A stretch of DNA of 41,538 nt, taken from the IMG/VR virus record IMGVR_UViG_3300045988_148476, one strand, 5' to 3'. Both the position numbers and the translations under genes were made by a program. The notes beneath the pieces are model-generated. The model worked only from the letters and a program-made list of their open reading frames with translations, was not told the DNA's origin and searched no databases. Source of the DNA: a virus. Shown piece by piece: positions 6,611-15,034 of this stretch (the first letter of the stretch is position 1; every line of letters begins with the position of its first letter).

Positions 6611-7070
6611 GCCCGAGGTCGTCCAGCGGGTCGTCCGGATCGGAGGAAAGATCAATGAACTGCAGGAACACGAAACGCCTGTCGGAACCGTCCCTATACG
6701 TGACGAGCATCCATGCATCGTCCTCGATGTCAATCGCGCCTAAGGAATATTCGTCGCCCGGGGAGAGCAGCTCGCGGCCGCCGAACAGTTCGGGACTGCC
6801 CTTGAGAGGGGTGACGCCTCGGTACAGGATGCCGATGAGACGTATCGGCGCTATGCCGACGTTCATGAGACGGAGCCTGCGATATCTGGTCTCGCGTACG
6901 GTCTTCTTCCCGCTGCTCTCGATGGTTTCCACCAAGGTTTCATGTTTCGCCGAGACAAGGTCGCACCTTCCGTGCCGCCAATGACGACTCTCGTCGAGGA
7001 ACCGTTTCGCCTCCACTCCCAAGGCAATCCCGCCGAACGCGGCTCCGGCCACGTTGACCCAGTCAATCAT
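6396..7070 (-). CDS. Membrane-anchored protein with C-terminal beta domain, antisense to the early operon (possible paralogue of 5448-6077)
   Basis: ATG at 7070 after GGAGGGAAGA SD. TM-like VNVAGAAFGGIALGV. Contains RLRLMNVGIAPIRLIGI...SPGDEYSLGAIDI. High third-position G+C down to about 6610, then it is lost in the Arg-rich tail. Confidence 0.65.
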   Translation of the reverse strand: MIDWVNVAGAAFGGIALGVEAKRFLDESRHWRHGRCDLVSAKHETLVETIESSGKKTVRETRYRRLRLMNVGIAPIRLIGILYRGVTPLKGSPELFGGRELLSPGDEYSLGAIDIEDDAWMLVTYRDGSDRRFVFLQFIDLSSDPDDPLDDLGLIGLWWRTRPRTVHPKTSDDVRLDRAHPALRRIRAGRPQSQRELRCVFDAAIHLGAVEGITLSPWQLKRYQ

Positions 7071-7149
7071 TCTTCCCTCCGCTGGCTGTGTTTTGAATGT
7101 CGCAGTTCCAAGCCTATCGGCGGAGGGGCCACACGAAAAGAGAAAAACG

Positions 7150-7395
7150 ATGAACGCCAAGGATTACGGGCGTCACGCCAGCGGTTTCCGCACGGCGGAT
7201 GGAGGCCCGTCGAAACGGTTCATGCGCCGGCTGGTCTTCTGGGGCGTCGTGTTCGCCGCATGTCTGGCGTGGGTGATGACCCACGAGGCGTGCCGGTACC
7301 CGTTGGCCAACGGCGTCTGCTCGCTGGTCGCGTTCCTGGGAGTCCCCCTGCGTCTGCTCTGTCTTGTGGCAAGCGAGGCGGGAGCCGATGAATAA
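7150..7395 (+). CDS. Small membrane protein (81 aa)
   Basis: ATG at 7150. Two hydrophobic segments (LVFWGVVFAACLAWVM; VCSLVAFLGVPLRLLCLV). Confidence 0.55.
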   Translation: MNAKDYGRHASGFRTADGGPSKRFMRRLVFWGVVFAACLAWVMTHEACRYPLANGVCSLVAFLGVPLRLLCLVASEAGADE

Positions 7396-7401
7396 AGGCC
7401 T

Positions 7402-7424
7402 GCCGGGGTTCTTCCTTCCCCGGC
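7402..7424 (+). terminator. Hairpin (GCCGGGG-9 nt-CCCCGGC) directly after the 7150-7395 stop; no U-tract
   Basis: Perfect 7-bp GC stem read from the sequence. It is the first of several hairpins in the 7396-7650 spacer. Confidence 0.4.
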
Positions 7425-7650
7425 AATCGACAAGGACAGTCGCTAACACCATCGTGCCGCACCCTTCCCCAGCTGGTGCGGCGTGCGGGGCCGGCAGGTT
7501 CGCCCCCGTCGGAGATCGCGCGGTGTCATGTACGCGCGGCAAACGGCGGGAAGCCGTTCGATTCGGCACGGTCCACTCCCCCTGCGGGAAAGAAAAAGCC
7601 CACGCGGCAACGTGGGCGAAGCAAAACAGCTACATGAGAAAGGATACACC

Positions 7651-7914
7651 ATGAGCGCCATGATTCCGCCCGACATCGTCCGGGACGGCGTCGCCTATTG
7701 GAAGGCCGACAAGGTGAGCGCCTATTTCGGGGGCTCTCCCACCGTGGGCACGCTCGGCGTGTGGAGATACCGGGGCGAGGGGCCGAGGTTCGTGAAACTC
7801 GGCTGCAAACGCGAGCACCGCCAACGCGATACGCGCCGCGTCGTCTACCCGGTCAGGGAGGTGATCGCATGGGGGGAGCGCAACGGTCTCCAGCAGCAGA
7901 CGGTCGCCGCGTGA
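7651..7914 (+). CDS. Excisionase/AlpA-like (MerR-superfamily) HTH DNA-binding protein; candidate recombination directionality factor
   Basis: 87 aa. ATG at 7651 after GAGAAAGGA. Pattern KVSAYFGGSPTVGTLGVWRYRGEGPRFVKLG...VVYPVREVIAWGE is typical of the HTH_17/Xis family. Confidence 0.7.
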   Translation: MSAMIPPDIVRDGVAYWKADKVSAYFGGSPTVGTLGVWRYRGEGPRFVKLGCKREHRQRDTRRVVYPVREVIAWGERNGLQQQTVAA

Positions 7915-7928
7915 GCGAAGGAGCATCG

Positions 7929-8198
7929 ATGACGAGCCAGCCGGATGATTACGACTATCGGGAGGAAGGCGAAAGCCTGTTCGAATGGCCGCTCGACGCC
8001 GCGGGCATGCGCATGGGCGCCGGCGAACTATTGGACAGCCTGCTCGAGGTCATCCAGCATCTGAATCGCGCGGACGCATGGCCGCTGACCATATTGCCGC
8101 CCCGGTTCGGCGACGTGGTGGTCGACCGTGGCCGGCGCACGATATCGGCGGTGTGCCTGTGGAAACGCAAGCCGTCGAACGATTCGAAGGAGGTATGA
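7929..8198 (+). CDS. Hypothetical early protein (89 aa)
   Basis: ATG at 7929 after GAAGGAG. Acidic N-terminus. No assignable motif. Confidence 0.6.
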   Translation: MTSQPDDYDYREEGESLFEWPLDAAGMRMGAGELLDSLLEVIQHLNRADAWPLTILPPRFGDVVVDRGRRTISAVCLWKRKPSNDSKEV

Positions 8199-8200
8199 AC

Positions 8201-8770
8201 ATGGCGGGCGAGACAGTCATCACGATCGTCGGCAACCTGACCGCCGACCCCGAGCTGCGCACCATCGCCAGCGGCGCCGTCGTCTGCGGGTTCACCATCG
8301 CGTCCACACCGAGAATCTGGAACCGGCAGGCCAACCAGTACGAGGACGGGCAGGCGTTGTTCCTGCGCTGCAGCGCGTGGCGTGATCTGGCCAATCATTG
8401 CGCGCAGTCCCTGTCCCAGGGCATGCGCGTGATCGCCACGGGCAGGTTGCGGCAGCGTTCCTACCAGGCGCAGGACGGCACCAACCGCACCGTCATCGAC
8501 ATGACCATCGATGAGATCGGCCCCTCATTGAGGTACGCGACCGCGCAGGTGACGCGCGTGCAATCCGGGCGCGGCTATTCGGGCGGCAGCACGTATGGGG
8601 ATCCGGCCAAGCCCGCCAACCAGCAACAAGGCTGGCAGAACGGCTCCCCGGCCCAGAACCCCGGCATGCCGGAAGGCGATCCGTGGGCTCAGCCGGCACC
8701 CGCCTCTCCCGGCGCCGCGTTCGGCGCTTCCAACGATTTCCCATCAAACGATTCCGACCCCGAATTCTAA
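8201..8770 (+). CDS. ssb: Single-stranded DNA-binding protein
   Basis: OB-fold N-terminus (VITIVGNLTADPELR...FLRCSAWRDLANH), a Gly/Pro/Gln-rich linker, and an acidic tail ending DSDPEF. Confidence 0.93.
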   Translation: MAGETVITIVGNLTADPELRTIASGAVVCGFTIASTPRIWNRQANQYEDGQALFLRCSAWRDLANHCAQSLSQGMRVIATGRLRQRSYQAQDGTNRTVIDMTIDEIGPSLRYATAQVTRVQSGRGYSGGSTYGDPAKPANQQQGWQNGSPAQNPGMPEGDPWAQPAPASPGAAFGASNDFPSNDSDPEF

Positions 8771-8779
8771 GGAGATTCA

Positions 8780-9187
8780 ATGTCACGAAAGAAAAAGACC
8801 GATGGCGTGCAGGACGCGCTGATACCCGACGAAATAACACCGCTCATGCTGCTCGCCCTGACAGCCAAGGCATCACGCATGAAGGACGCCGCGGCCGCGT
8901 TCCGCATCGCGGCCAGCAAGATGCTCGACCTGGCCACCAAGGACGAATACATCGAAAAATACAAGGAAATCGACCCCATCACCGACGCCCTGTACGACGC
9001 CTGCGATCTCTCGCAGCACATCTTCGACGCCGCCAACGCGGTCAACGACCTCATCAACTATCCGGTCGAGGCCCGCGAGCGCGTGGTGAAGGCGGATATC
9101 GAGCGCAGTCTGTTGGATCCGTGGCGTGATTTGCCCACTTCGGGTGGGGATGTGGATCCGGATACCGGCGAGATTAAGGAGGGCTGA
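8780..9187 (+). CDS. Hypothetical protein (135 aa, helical)
   Basis: ORF follows ssb by 9 nt. No assignable motif. Confidence 0.65.
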   Translation: MSRKKKTDGVQDALIPDEITPLMLLALTAKASRMKDAAAAFRIAASKMLDLATKDEYIEKYKEIDPITDALYDACDLSQHIFDAANAVNDLINYPVEARERVVKADIERSLLDPWRDLPTSGGDVDPDTGEIKEG

Positions 9188-9190
9188 ACC

Positions 9191-9301
9191 GTGGCAAAAC
9201 GCAAGCACGGACGCCAGCAATTGGAGCATGAGCGTCAGCGCCGGCGCAGGAAGCGCATGCCGCACCTGCCCGTACACCAGAATCTATCGATCAAGGAGTA
9301 G
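9191..9301 (+). CDS. Very small basic ORF (36 aa)
   Basis: GTG at 9191 lies 7 nt after AAGGAGGG. Translation is VAKRKHGRQQLEHERQRRRRKRMPHLPVHQNLSIKE. Low complexity, so it may not be expressed. Confidence 0.3.
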   Translation: MAKRKHGRQQLEHERQRRRRKRMPHLPVHQNLSIKE

Positions 9302-9313
9302 TGACCCGATTCA

Positions 9314-10729
9314 GTGGCTATCAGCATCATCGATATCAACGTAAAGAGCCTCATCCCGAACCCGGACAACCCCCGCAAAGACGTGGGCGATGTCACCGAA
9401 CTCGCCGACAGCATCAGGGAGCAGGGCCTGCAGCAGGCGCTTGTGGTAACTCCCGACCATGAGGAGCACGGCGAGCGCATGTTTCGTGTGGTGATTGGTC
9501 ATCGTCGTTTGGCGGCGTGCAAGTTGGCTGGTTTGGAGTCCGTGCCGTGTGTTGTGCGTGAGTTGGACGTGAAAACCGAGCGTGAGTTGATGCTGGTGGA
9601 GAATTGCCAGCGTTCCGATTTGACGCCGTTGGAGGAGGCTGACGGGTATCAGGGTTTGCTTGACCTTGGTGCGAACGTGGGTGAGCTGGCTTCGAAGACG
9701 GGGCGTAGCGAGTCGTTTGTGCGTGGCCGTTTGAGGATTGCGCGTATCCCCGCCGATGTGCGTGCCAAGTCGAATTCGTTCGCCCAGCTGTCGCTTTCCC
9801 AGCTGGATGATCTTGCGGAGTTCGAGGCTTATCCCGACATGATGGCTGAGTTGGCCTCGATGGCGGGCACCAAGAACTGGGATTGGAAGCGCGGCCAGCT
9901 GCGAAGCCGTATGCGCGTCGAGGACTGGCAGAAGCGTATGCGTCAAGTGCTTGACGGCTTGGGCCTGGTCGTGGATCCCGGGCCGTCTATATGGACGACT
10001 CCGGCGGGCTACCGGTATTACAACACGTGGAGCGGCGAGCCCGACGAGTTCAAGCAATGGTATGGGCGGTGGCGCGAGAAGAACCCGTACGGCGAGCCGG
10101 TGATCCGATTCTCCGAGCGCAACGTATTGTGCTTCTCGCAGATGTCTCCCGAGGAGATCGCCAAACGCGACGCCGACAGCGAGCAGCGGGAGCGAAGGAA
10201 CGCGGAAGACCGGGCGCTCTTGGTCAAACGCCAGGACTTCGACGCCCTGGCACGCGGCCTGCGCGCCGAGTGGGTCAAAACGCATGCCGCCGGATTCAAC
10301 GGCGGCCAACTGCGCAAGGCCAACACCCGTCTGAGCCTGCTCGCGCTGACCGGGACCAACCTATGCGACGGCCTGATCGCAGGGGCCGGATGGAACAACC
10401 TCGACCACGTGCTCGACGCATACAACCTGCTCGCCGCCACGCCGCTGCCATGCGACGACACGAGCGATAGGGGACTGTGGCGCGAAACGAACCTCGCGGA
10501 ACTGCACCGCCGCCAGCACGTCGAGGGAGCCGCGAACAGGGAACTCCTGCTCATCCTGTGCGCCCAGATCGAAGCACTCATCAACCCCGGCACATGGGCC
10601 GACGAGTGCGACATCACCATCGCCCAAGCCTACTACCACACGCTCGCAGACCTCGGATACCCCACCAGCGACGAGGAAAACAAGGCACTCAACGGGTGTT
10701 TCCTGCCCGAAGACGACGAGGCGGAGTGA
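9314..10729 (+). CDS. ParB-like nuclease-domain (ParB/Srx N-terminal) protein with long C-terminal extension
   Basis: LIPNPDNPRKD, then VVIGHRRLAACKLAG (GxRR box), then LMLVENCQRSDLTPLEEA. Confidence 0.85.
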   Translation: MAISIIDINVKSLIPNPDNPRKDVGDVTELADSIREQGLQQALVVTPDHEEHGERMFRVVIGHRRLAACKLAGLESVPCVVRELDVKTERELMLVENCQRSDLTPLEEADGYQGLLDLGANVGELASKTGRSESFVRGRLRIARIPADVRAKSNSFAQLSLSQLDDLAEFEAYPDMMAELASMAGTKNWDWKRGQLRSRMRVEDWQKRMRQVLDGLGLVVDPGPSIWTTPAGYRYYNTWSGEPDEFKQWYGRWREKNPYGEPVIRFSERNVLCFSQMSPEEIAKRDADSEQRERRNAEDRALLVKRQDFDALARGLRAEWVKTHAAGFNGGQLRKANTRLSLLALTGTNLCDGLIAGAGWNNLDHVLDAYNLLAATPLPCDDTSDRGLWRETNLAELHRRQHVEGAANRELLLILCAQIEALINPGTWADECDITIAQAYYHTLADLGYPTSDEENKALNGCFLPEDDEAE

Positions 10730-10732
10730 GCC

Positions 10733-11854
10733 ATGACATGGACCCAGATAGACGACGGGCTCAACTTCAGCCCGCAGACCATGCCCGGCACGGTATCAAA
10801 CGCCGCGCTGGGCCTATGGGTCAGACTCTGCGTGCACACCGCGTACCAGCTGCGATTCCCCGCATTCGACGGCGCATTCGACCTCACCGTGGTGCGCTCG
10901 CTGAAAGGCAACGCACGACAGGTGACGGAACTGGAGGCCGCGGGAATGCTCGAACCGGCGCTCGCCGCCGGCCGGTGGATGGTGGTCGAGGCCGACACCC
11001 TGATGAAATTCGGCGGCACCTCCGGCAGCGAACTCAAGGAGAAAAGGGCCAAGGCCGGGCATGCCGGCGGCGTCGCTTCGGGCGAGGCTCGACGAAGCAA
11101 ACGCGAAGCAAATGCTTCGAAGCAAAACGAAGCAAGTGCTTCAAGCAAACCACGAAGCAAAACCGAAGCAAACCATGAAGCAAACGGTGAAGCAAACCAT
11201 GAAGCAAAACCGAAGCAAACGTCCGAAGCAAAACGAAGCAATTGCTTCGAAGCAAACGAAGCAACCGGTCCTAACCTAACCATACCTAGCCTTACCTCCC
11301 CTGTAGCCCCCTCCGCGCCGAACGCCGAACCAAGTCCGGCCGTTCCCGGCCATGCCGGCACCGAATCCGGCCGAGCCACGCCGGCGTCAAGCCTCGCCGA
11401 GGCCGAAGCCCGCGTCCAAGCCGACCCGTTCGCCTTCGCCTGGGAGCAGTATCCGAGCCATACCGGAAACCGCGAGCAGGCCTCACGCCTGTGGCAGGCC
11501 ATCACCGGCGACGACCCGACCGTGCCGCACGTCGAGGCCAGCCAACTGCTCGGGGCCGTCATCCGCTACGCCCAAGCCGTGCGCCAGGACGGCAACCGGT
11601 TCACGCCATCGATGCGCAAATGGCTCGAAAACCGGCAATACGTCAAATGGCTGGCAAGCGAACCCATCCGCACCGAATGGGGCGGCATCACACGCCAATG
11701 GCTCAGCCAGCACGCCATCAGCCTCGTGCCGGCAGGGGCATGGACGGACAGCGTCGAACAGACGTTCTGGGCCCACGTCAAAACCGGCGAGGACCCGGAG
11801 ACCGTCGCCCAACGGCTCGTAAACGAAATCAACGAAAGAAGCCAAGCATCATGA
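10733..11854 (+). CDS. Putative replication initiator/organiser protein carrying an internal iteron array
   Basis: 373-aa ORF in the replication module. N-terminal winged-helix-like region, a central low-complexity linker encoded by the GAAGCAA repeats, and a conserved-looking C-terminal domain. Confidence 0.7.
   Translation: MTWTQIDDGLNFSPQTMPGTVSNAALGLWVRLCVHTAYQLRFPAFDGAFDLTVVRSLKGNARQVTELEAAGMLEPALAAGRWMVVEADTLMKFGGTSGSELKEKRAKAGHAGGVASGEARRSKREANASKQNEASASSKPRSKTEANHEANGEANHEAKPKQTSEAKRSNCFEANEATGPNLTIPSLTSPVAPSAPNAEPSPAVPGHAGTESGRATPASSLAEAEARVQADPFAFAWEQYPSHTGNREQASRLWQAITGDDPTVPHVEASQLLGAVIRYAQAVRQDGNRFTPSMRKWLENRQYVKWLASEPIRTEWGGITRQWLSQHAISLVPAGAWTDSVEQTFWAHVKTGEDPETVAQRLVNEINERSQAS
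11094..11264. repeat. Iteron array: about 15 copies of GAAGCAA(A/C) plus three GAAGCAnnTGCTTC palindromes; probable origin of replication
   Basis: Copies start at 11094, 11105, 11119, 11129, (11142 variant), 11154, 11165, 11177, 11189, 11201, 11212, 11225, 11235, 11249 and 11258. Palindromes are gaagcaaatgcttc, gaagcaagtgcttc and gaagcaattgcttc. Confidence 0.8.
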
Positions 11855-12255
11855 GCGACAAGCCCAGCAGCCAGACCCTCAGGCTCGTGGAAGGCCGCGA
11901 GCGCCATCGGTGCATCGTGTGCGACCGGTACCTGCGGCTCGGCGAATGGCCCGGAGTGAGCCATCATCATCGCAAGCGCCGCTCGCAGACGTACGGCGAT
12001 GCCGAACGGCACGCGGCGTCGAACATCGTCACCGTGTGCGGCGTGGACAACAGCACCGGATGCCACGGATGGATCCACCAACACCCCGAACAGGCCCGAG
12101 CATTGGGCTACCTGCTCAAAAGCTACGACCCCGAGCCAAGCCAAGTGCCCGTGTACAGCTGCCGGCGCGGCTGGATACTGCTCGACACCGACGGCCAATG
12201 GCATTCATGCCCGCCACCAGAGGGAATGCCCAACCACCCGCAAACCAACCGATAA
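11851..12255 (+). CDS. HNH endonuclease
   Basis: ATGA overlap with the upstream stop. Motifs CIVCD...HHHRKRRSQ...NIVTVCG...CHGWIH. Confidence 0.8.
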   Translation: MSDKPSSQTLRLVEGRERHRCIVCDRYLRLGEWPGVSHHHRKRRSQTYGDAERHAASNIVTVCGVDNSTGCHGWIHQHPEQARALGYLLKSYDPEPSQVPVYSCRRGWILLDTDGQWHSCPPPEGMPNHPQTNR

Positions 12256-12275
12256 ATCAGCAGAAAGGAACACTT

Positions 12276-12488
12276 ATGATCAGCGCCTACGCGGTCACCG
12301 TGCCCGGCGAACTCGACAACGTGGACTTCACCCGAGAGGACGGCACCAGCGTGACCATGCTCATCCCGCCCGACATACCGGTGAGCACCAGGACAATCAT
12401 CATCCCGCAGGGCTTCACCCGCGAGGAAACCCGAACCATCCAGGGAGCCATCGTTCAGGCGCTCGCCGGAAAGGAGAAGACGCTATGA
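12276..12488 (+). CDS. Hypothetical protein (70 aa)
   Basis: ATG at 12276 after GAAAGGAA. Coupled to the downstream gene. Confidence 0.6.
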   Translation: MISAYAVTVPGELDNVDFTREDGTSVTMLIPPDIPVSTRTIIIPQGFTREETRTIQGAIVQALAGKEKTL

Positions 12489-13072
12489 TCCCCGAGAAAC
12501 CCGAAGCCCTGCTATGGGTGGACGTGGAGACCACCGGCCTCGATGCGAACATGTGTTCGATACTGGAGATCGGGTTGCGCTGCACGAGCATGGACGCCAT
12601 GCACGAATACGGGCGGTTCGAGGCCGTGGTGCACATCGGCCGGGAGACCCTGCTGACCGTGCAGCCCTCCGCCCTGGAACTGCATCTGAACAACGGTCTG
12701 CTCGCCCAATGCGAATCCTGCGACCCGCTGGCCAACTCACCCAGGGTCATCGCCGAACAGGCCCTCCGGTTCATCCAAGGCATGGCCACCACGTACGTCC
12801 TGCACGCGGCGGGAACGAACATCGGCCGTTTCGACCTGCCCATGGTCGAACGCTTCTGCATGACGGGATTCGGAGAACTGCTGCACTACCGCGTGCTGGA
12901 CGTCACCGCACTGCGCCTCGCAGCCAAAGCCTGCGGCCAAGACCCATACCAGCACCGCATGAAGCCCACGCGCCGGGTCCACGACTGCCTTGACAGGGAC
13001 ATCACGGAATACCGCCACTACCTCACCCTCATGACAGGGCCGGCGCTCGCCGACGAAAGTAGCACCATATGA
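12485..13072 (+). CDS. DEDDh 3'-5' exonuclease (DnaQ/oligoribonuclease-like)
   Basis: ExoI LWVDVETTGLD, ExoII GTNIGRFDLPMV, ExoIII RVHDCLDRD. Confidence 0.8.
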   Translation: MIPEKPEALLWVDVETTGLDANMCSILEIGLRCTSMDAMHEYGRFEAVVHIGRETLLTVQPSALELHLNNGLLAQCESCDPLANSPRVIAEQALRFIQGMATTYVLHAAGTNIGRFDLPMVERFCMTGFGELLHYRVLDVTALRLAAKACGQDPYQHRMKPTRRVHDCLDRDITEYRHYLTLMTGPALADESSTI

Positions 13073-13263
13073 GCTACACGGCACGAATCTTCACACAAGA
13101 CCAACTCGAACAGGCGCTCGCGAGCGCCTGCGTGCTGGAAGGCGTGAGCATCCTGCACTTCGGCCAATGCTCCGATACGGCCAGCCGGAACCTCAAGGCG
13201 GTGGCCAAGACCATGTACGAGACCAGCGGCGAGCCGACCATCGTGGAGGACGACGATGAGTGA
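13069..13263 (+). CDS. Hypothetical protein (64 aa)
   Basis: ORF coupled by ATGA-type overlap to its neighbours. Confidence 0.55.
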   Translation: MSYTARIFTQDQLEQALASACVLEGVSILHFGQCSDTASRNLKAVAKTMYETSGEPTIVEDDDE

Positions 13264-13576
13264 CCTCACCCAACAAGCCCTCACGGCGCTCGCCGACGCC
13301 GGACTGGGCAACGAATCAGCCGCCGAAGCGTTCGTCGTCGGCTACCAGGCCGGCTGGGACAAGGCGCTCAACCTGGCCATCCGCATCGAAAACGAACTCA
13401 ACTCGGACGAGCCCACAGACGAGGAGATCGAGACCTGCGCCCGAGGGTTCTTCACGGGCACACCCGGCCCCACCAACTGGGACGCCGTCAGCGAAGTCTC
13501 CAAACAGGCATGGCTGCACGCCGCCAAAAAGGCGCTCGCAGCCGTCAACGCCATGAAAACGAAGGAACAACAATGA
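13256..13576 (+). CDS. Hypothetical protein (106 aa)
   Basis: ORF with overlapping start and stop junctions on both sides. Confidence 0.6.
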   Translation: MSDLTQQALTALADAGLGNESAAEAFVVGYQAGWDKALNLAIRIENELNSDEPTDEEIETCARGFFTGTPGPTNWDAVSEVSKQAWLHAAKKALAAVNAMKTKEQQ

Positions 13577-13692
13577 ACGAGAACACAACCCTCACCGACA
13601 TCATCAACACGGCGCTTGCCACCGGATGCCAGATCAGCGTGACCATCACACCCAAAGGCTTCTACGGCGACGAAGAGGAGACGAAAGCATGA
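13573..13692 (+). CDS. Small hypothetical protein (39 aa)
   Basis: ATGA overlap at 13573, with GAAGGAA SD. Translation is MNENTTLTDIINTALATGCQISVTITPKGFYGDEEETKA. Confidence 0.45.
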   Translation: MNENTTLTDIINTALATGCQISVTITPKGFYGDEEETKA

Positions 13693-13943
13693 GAATTACA
13701 TTAGTCAAACGGCTTATCACATTAATTTGCGCCCTTTTTTGCATTAGCATGCTCGCCGGCTGCGGAGGCCCCACGCAGGTCTCCGAGGAAACCACGAAAA
13801 TCGCATGCGGCGAAACAAACAGCGGAAACAGCATCTGCTCCTACCGAGTGCCCCTCTCGGGCGACAGCCACGTGCTCTGCGTGGCCCTCGGCAACGGAGG
13901 CGTCACCTGCGACTGGGGCAACACCGGCAAGGCGGAACAATGA
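13689..13943 (+). CDS. Small Cys-rich lipoprotein (84 aa) inside the early operon
   Basis: Lipobox in MRITLVKRLITLICALFCISMLAGC-G. The short mature part contains four further Cys residues. Confidence 0.7.
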   Translation: MRITLVKRLITLICALFCISMLAGCGGPTQVSEETTKIACGETNSGNSICSYRVPLSGDSHVLCVALGNGGVTCDWGNTGKAEQ

Positions 13944-14134
13944 CCAGCGAACGCCGCAAGCAAATGGTCCGCGACTGGCACGCCAAACATGCCGCCACAC
14001 CCGAAGAAACAGCCCAACTACTAGGCATCACCCTTCAGGAAGTCCAAGACATCCTCAACCAAAACAAAGAACAACAAACCAAGACAGACAAACCGGCGCT
14101 CGCCGGCGGCTGTGAGGACAGGCCGCTGTTCTGA
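13940..14134 (+). CDS. Small HTH-like protein (64 aa)
   Basis: ATGA overlap at 13940. Segment PEETAQLLGITLQEVQDIL resembles an HTH. Confidence 0.55.
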   Translation: MTSERRKQMVRDWHAKHAATPEETAQLLGITLQEVQDILNQNKEQQTKTDKPALAGGCEDRPLF

Positions 14135-14207
14135 AATAACGAAACCCTCCACCAACGGCGGAGGGCATGTCTGCAAACAACCAGTGTAGCCGACGTGGAG
14201 GGGATTC

Positions 14208-14966
14208 GTGAACTGTCAGAACTGCAAGACGATGACCGAAGAGGGGTATTCGCTGTGCGAGACGTGCGAGATGCGCCTCGCCGGCACATTATTGCGATTG
14301 GCGCGTGACGTCACGCCATTGCATGACAGCCTCGACGCCACATTGCATCCGGGCGGGCATTCGCCGGTCAGGATCCAGACCGCCACTCCCCCGACGCCGA
14401 TACGCTTGGACGTGCTCGACCTGATCGACATGCTCGACGCGACAGCGCGCGAACTATGGCGCTGCCTCGACGGCATCGACGCCTTGGACTGGCACAGGGA
14501 TCCACGCATGGAGGACCTCGAGGCCACGCTCATCGCATGCGCCGGACATCCCAAACTCGCCACATTCCCCGACGCAGGCCTCTACATGCGCATCGTCAAC
14601 AACCTTGCCCGCAAGGTCGACCTCGCATTGGACCCGCCCGAACAACGCCGCGAGATCGGCACCTGCGAACTATGCGAGACCATGCTAACCGCAGGACAGG
14701 CAGACCAATGGGTCACATGCCCCGTCTGCGGCACCGAACAGCGAGTGCAGACCGTGAAACTGAGACGTTTGAAGAAACTCTGCTGGGATGATTCCAAGCA
14801 AGGCAGAGCGGCGGACATCGCCAAGGCGTTCACCGACGCCGGAATAACTCTCAAGGCGTCGCTGGTACGCAAGTGGGCGGAGCGAGGCCAAGTCGCACGC
14901 ACTCCGCAGGGTATTCCCTACAGCGATGTGTACCGGCAGGTCATCGCCGGCCAGCTTGACAAATGA
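14208..14966 (+). CDS. Double zinc-ribbon protein with C-terminal HTH-like region; candidate late-gene regulator
   Basis: CQNCKT...CETCE and CELCET...CPVCG motifs. C-terminal ADIAKAFTDAGITLKASLVRKWAERG. It is the last gene before the terminator and moron. Confidence 0.7.
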   Translation: MNCQNCKTMTEEGYSLCETCEMRLAGTLLRLARDVTPLHDSLDATLHPGGHSPVRIQTATPPTPIRLDVLDLIDMLDATARELWRCLDGIDALDWHRDPRMEDLEATLIACAGHPKLATFPDAGLYMRIVNNLARKVDLALDPPEQRREIGTCELCETMLTAGQADQWVTCPVCGTEQRVQTVKLRRLKKLCWDDSKQGRAADIAKAFTDAGITLKASLVRKWAERGQVARTPQGIPYSDVYRQVIAGQLDK

Positions 14967-15003
14967 TTGTTTGTCACACACAATTGCAGTGGCAGAAGTG
15001 TCG

Positions 15004-15034
15004 AAAAACCCAGCTCATGTGGCTGGGTTTTCGC
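15004..15034 (+). terminator. Rho-independent terminator ending the early operon
   Basis: AAACCCAGC-tcatgtg-GCTGGGTTT (15006-15014 / 15022-15030) followed by TTCG. Confidence 0.75.

Noticed and set aside
11094-11264. Whether the short tandem GAAGCAA repeats could be a CRISPR array or a minisatellite.
   Set aside because: The units are 7-13 nt with no unique spacers of CRISPR size, and no cas genes are present. The array is in frame within a replication-module gene, so an iteron/origin interpretation fits better.
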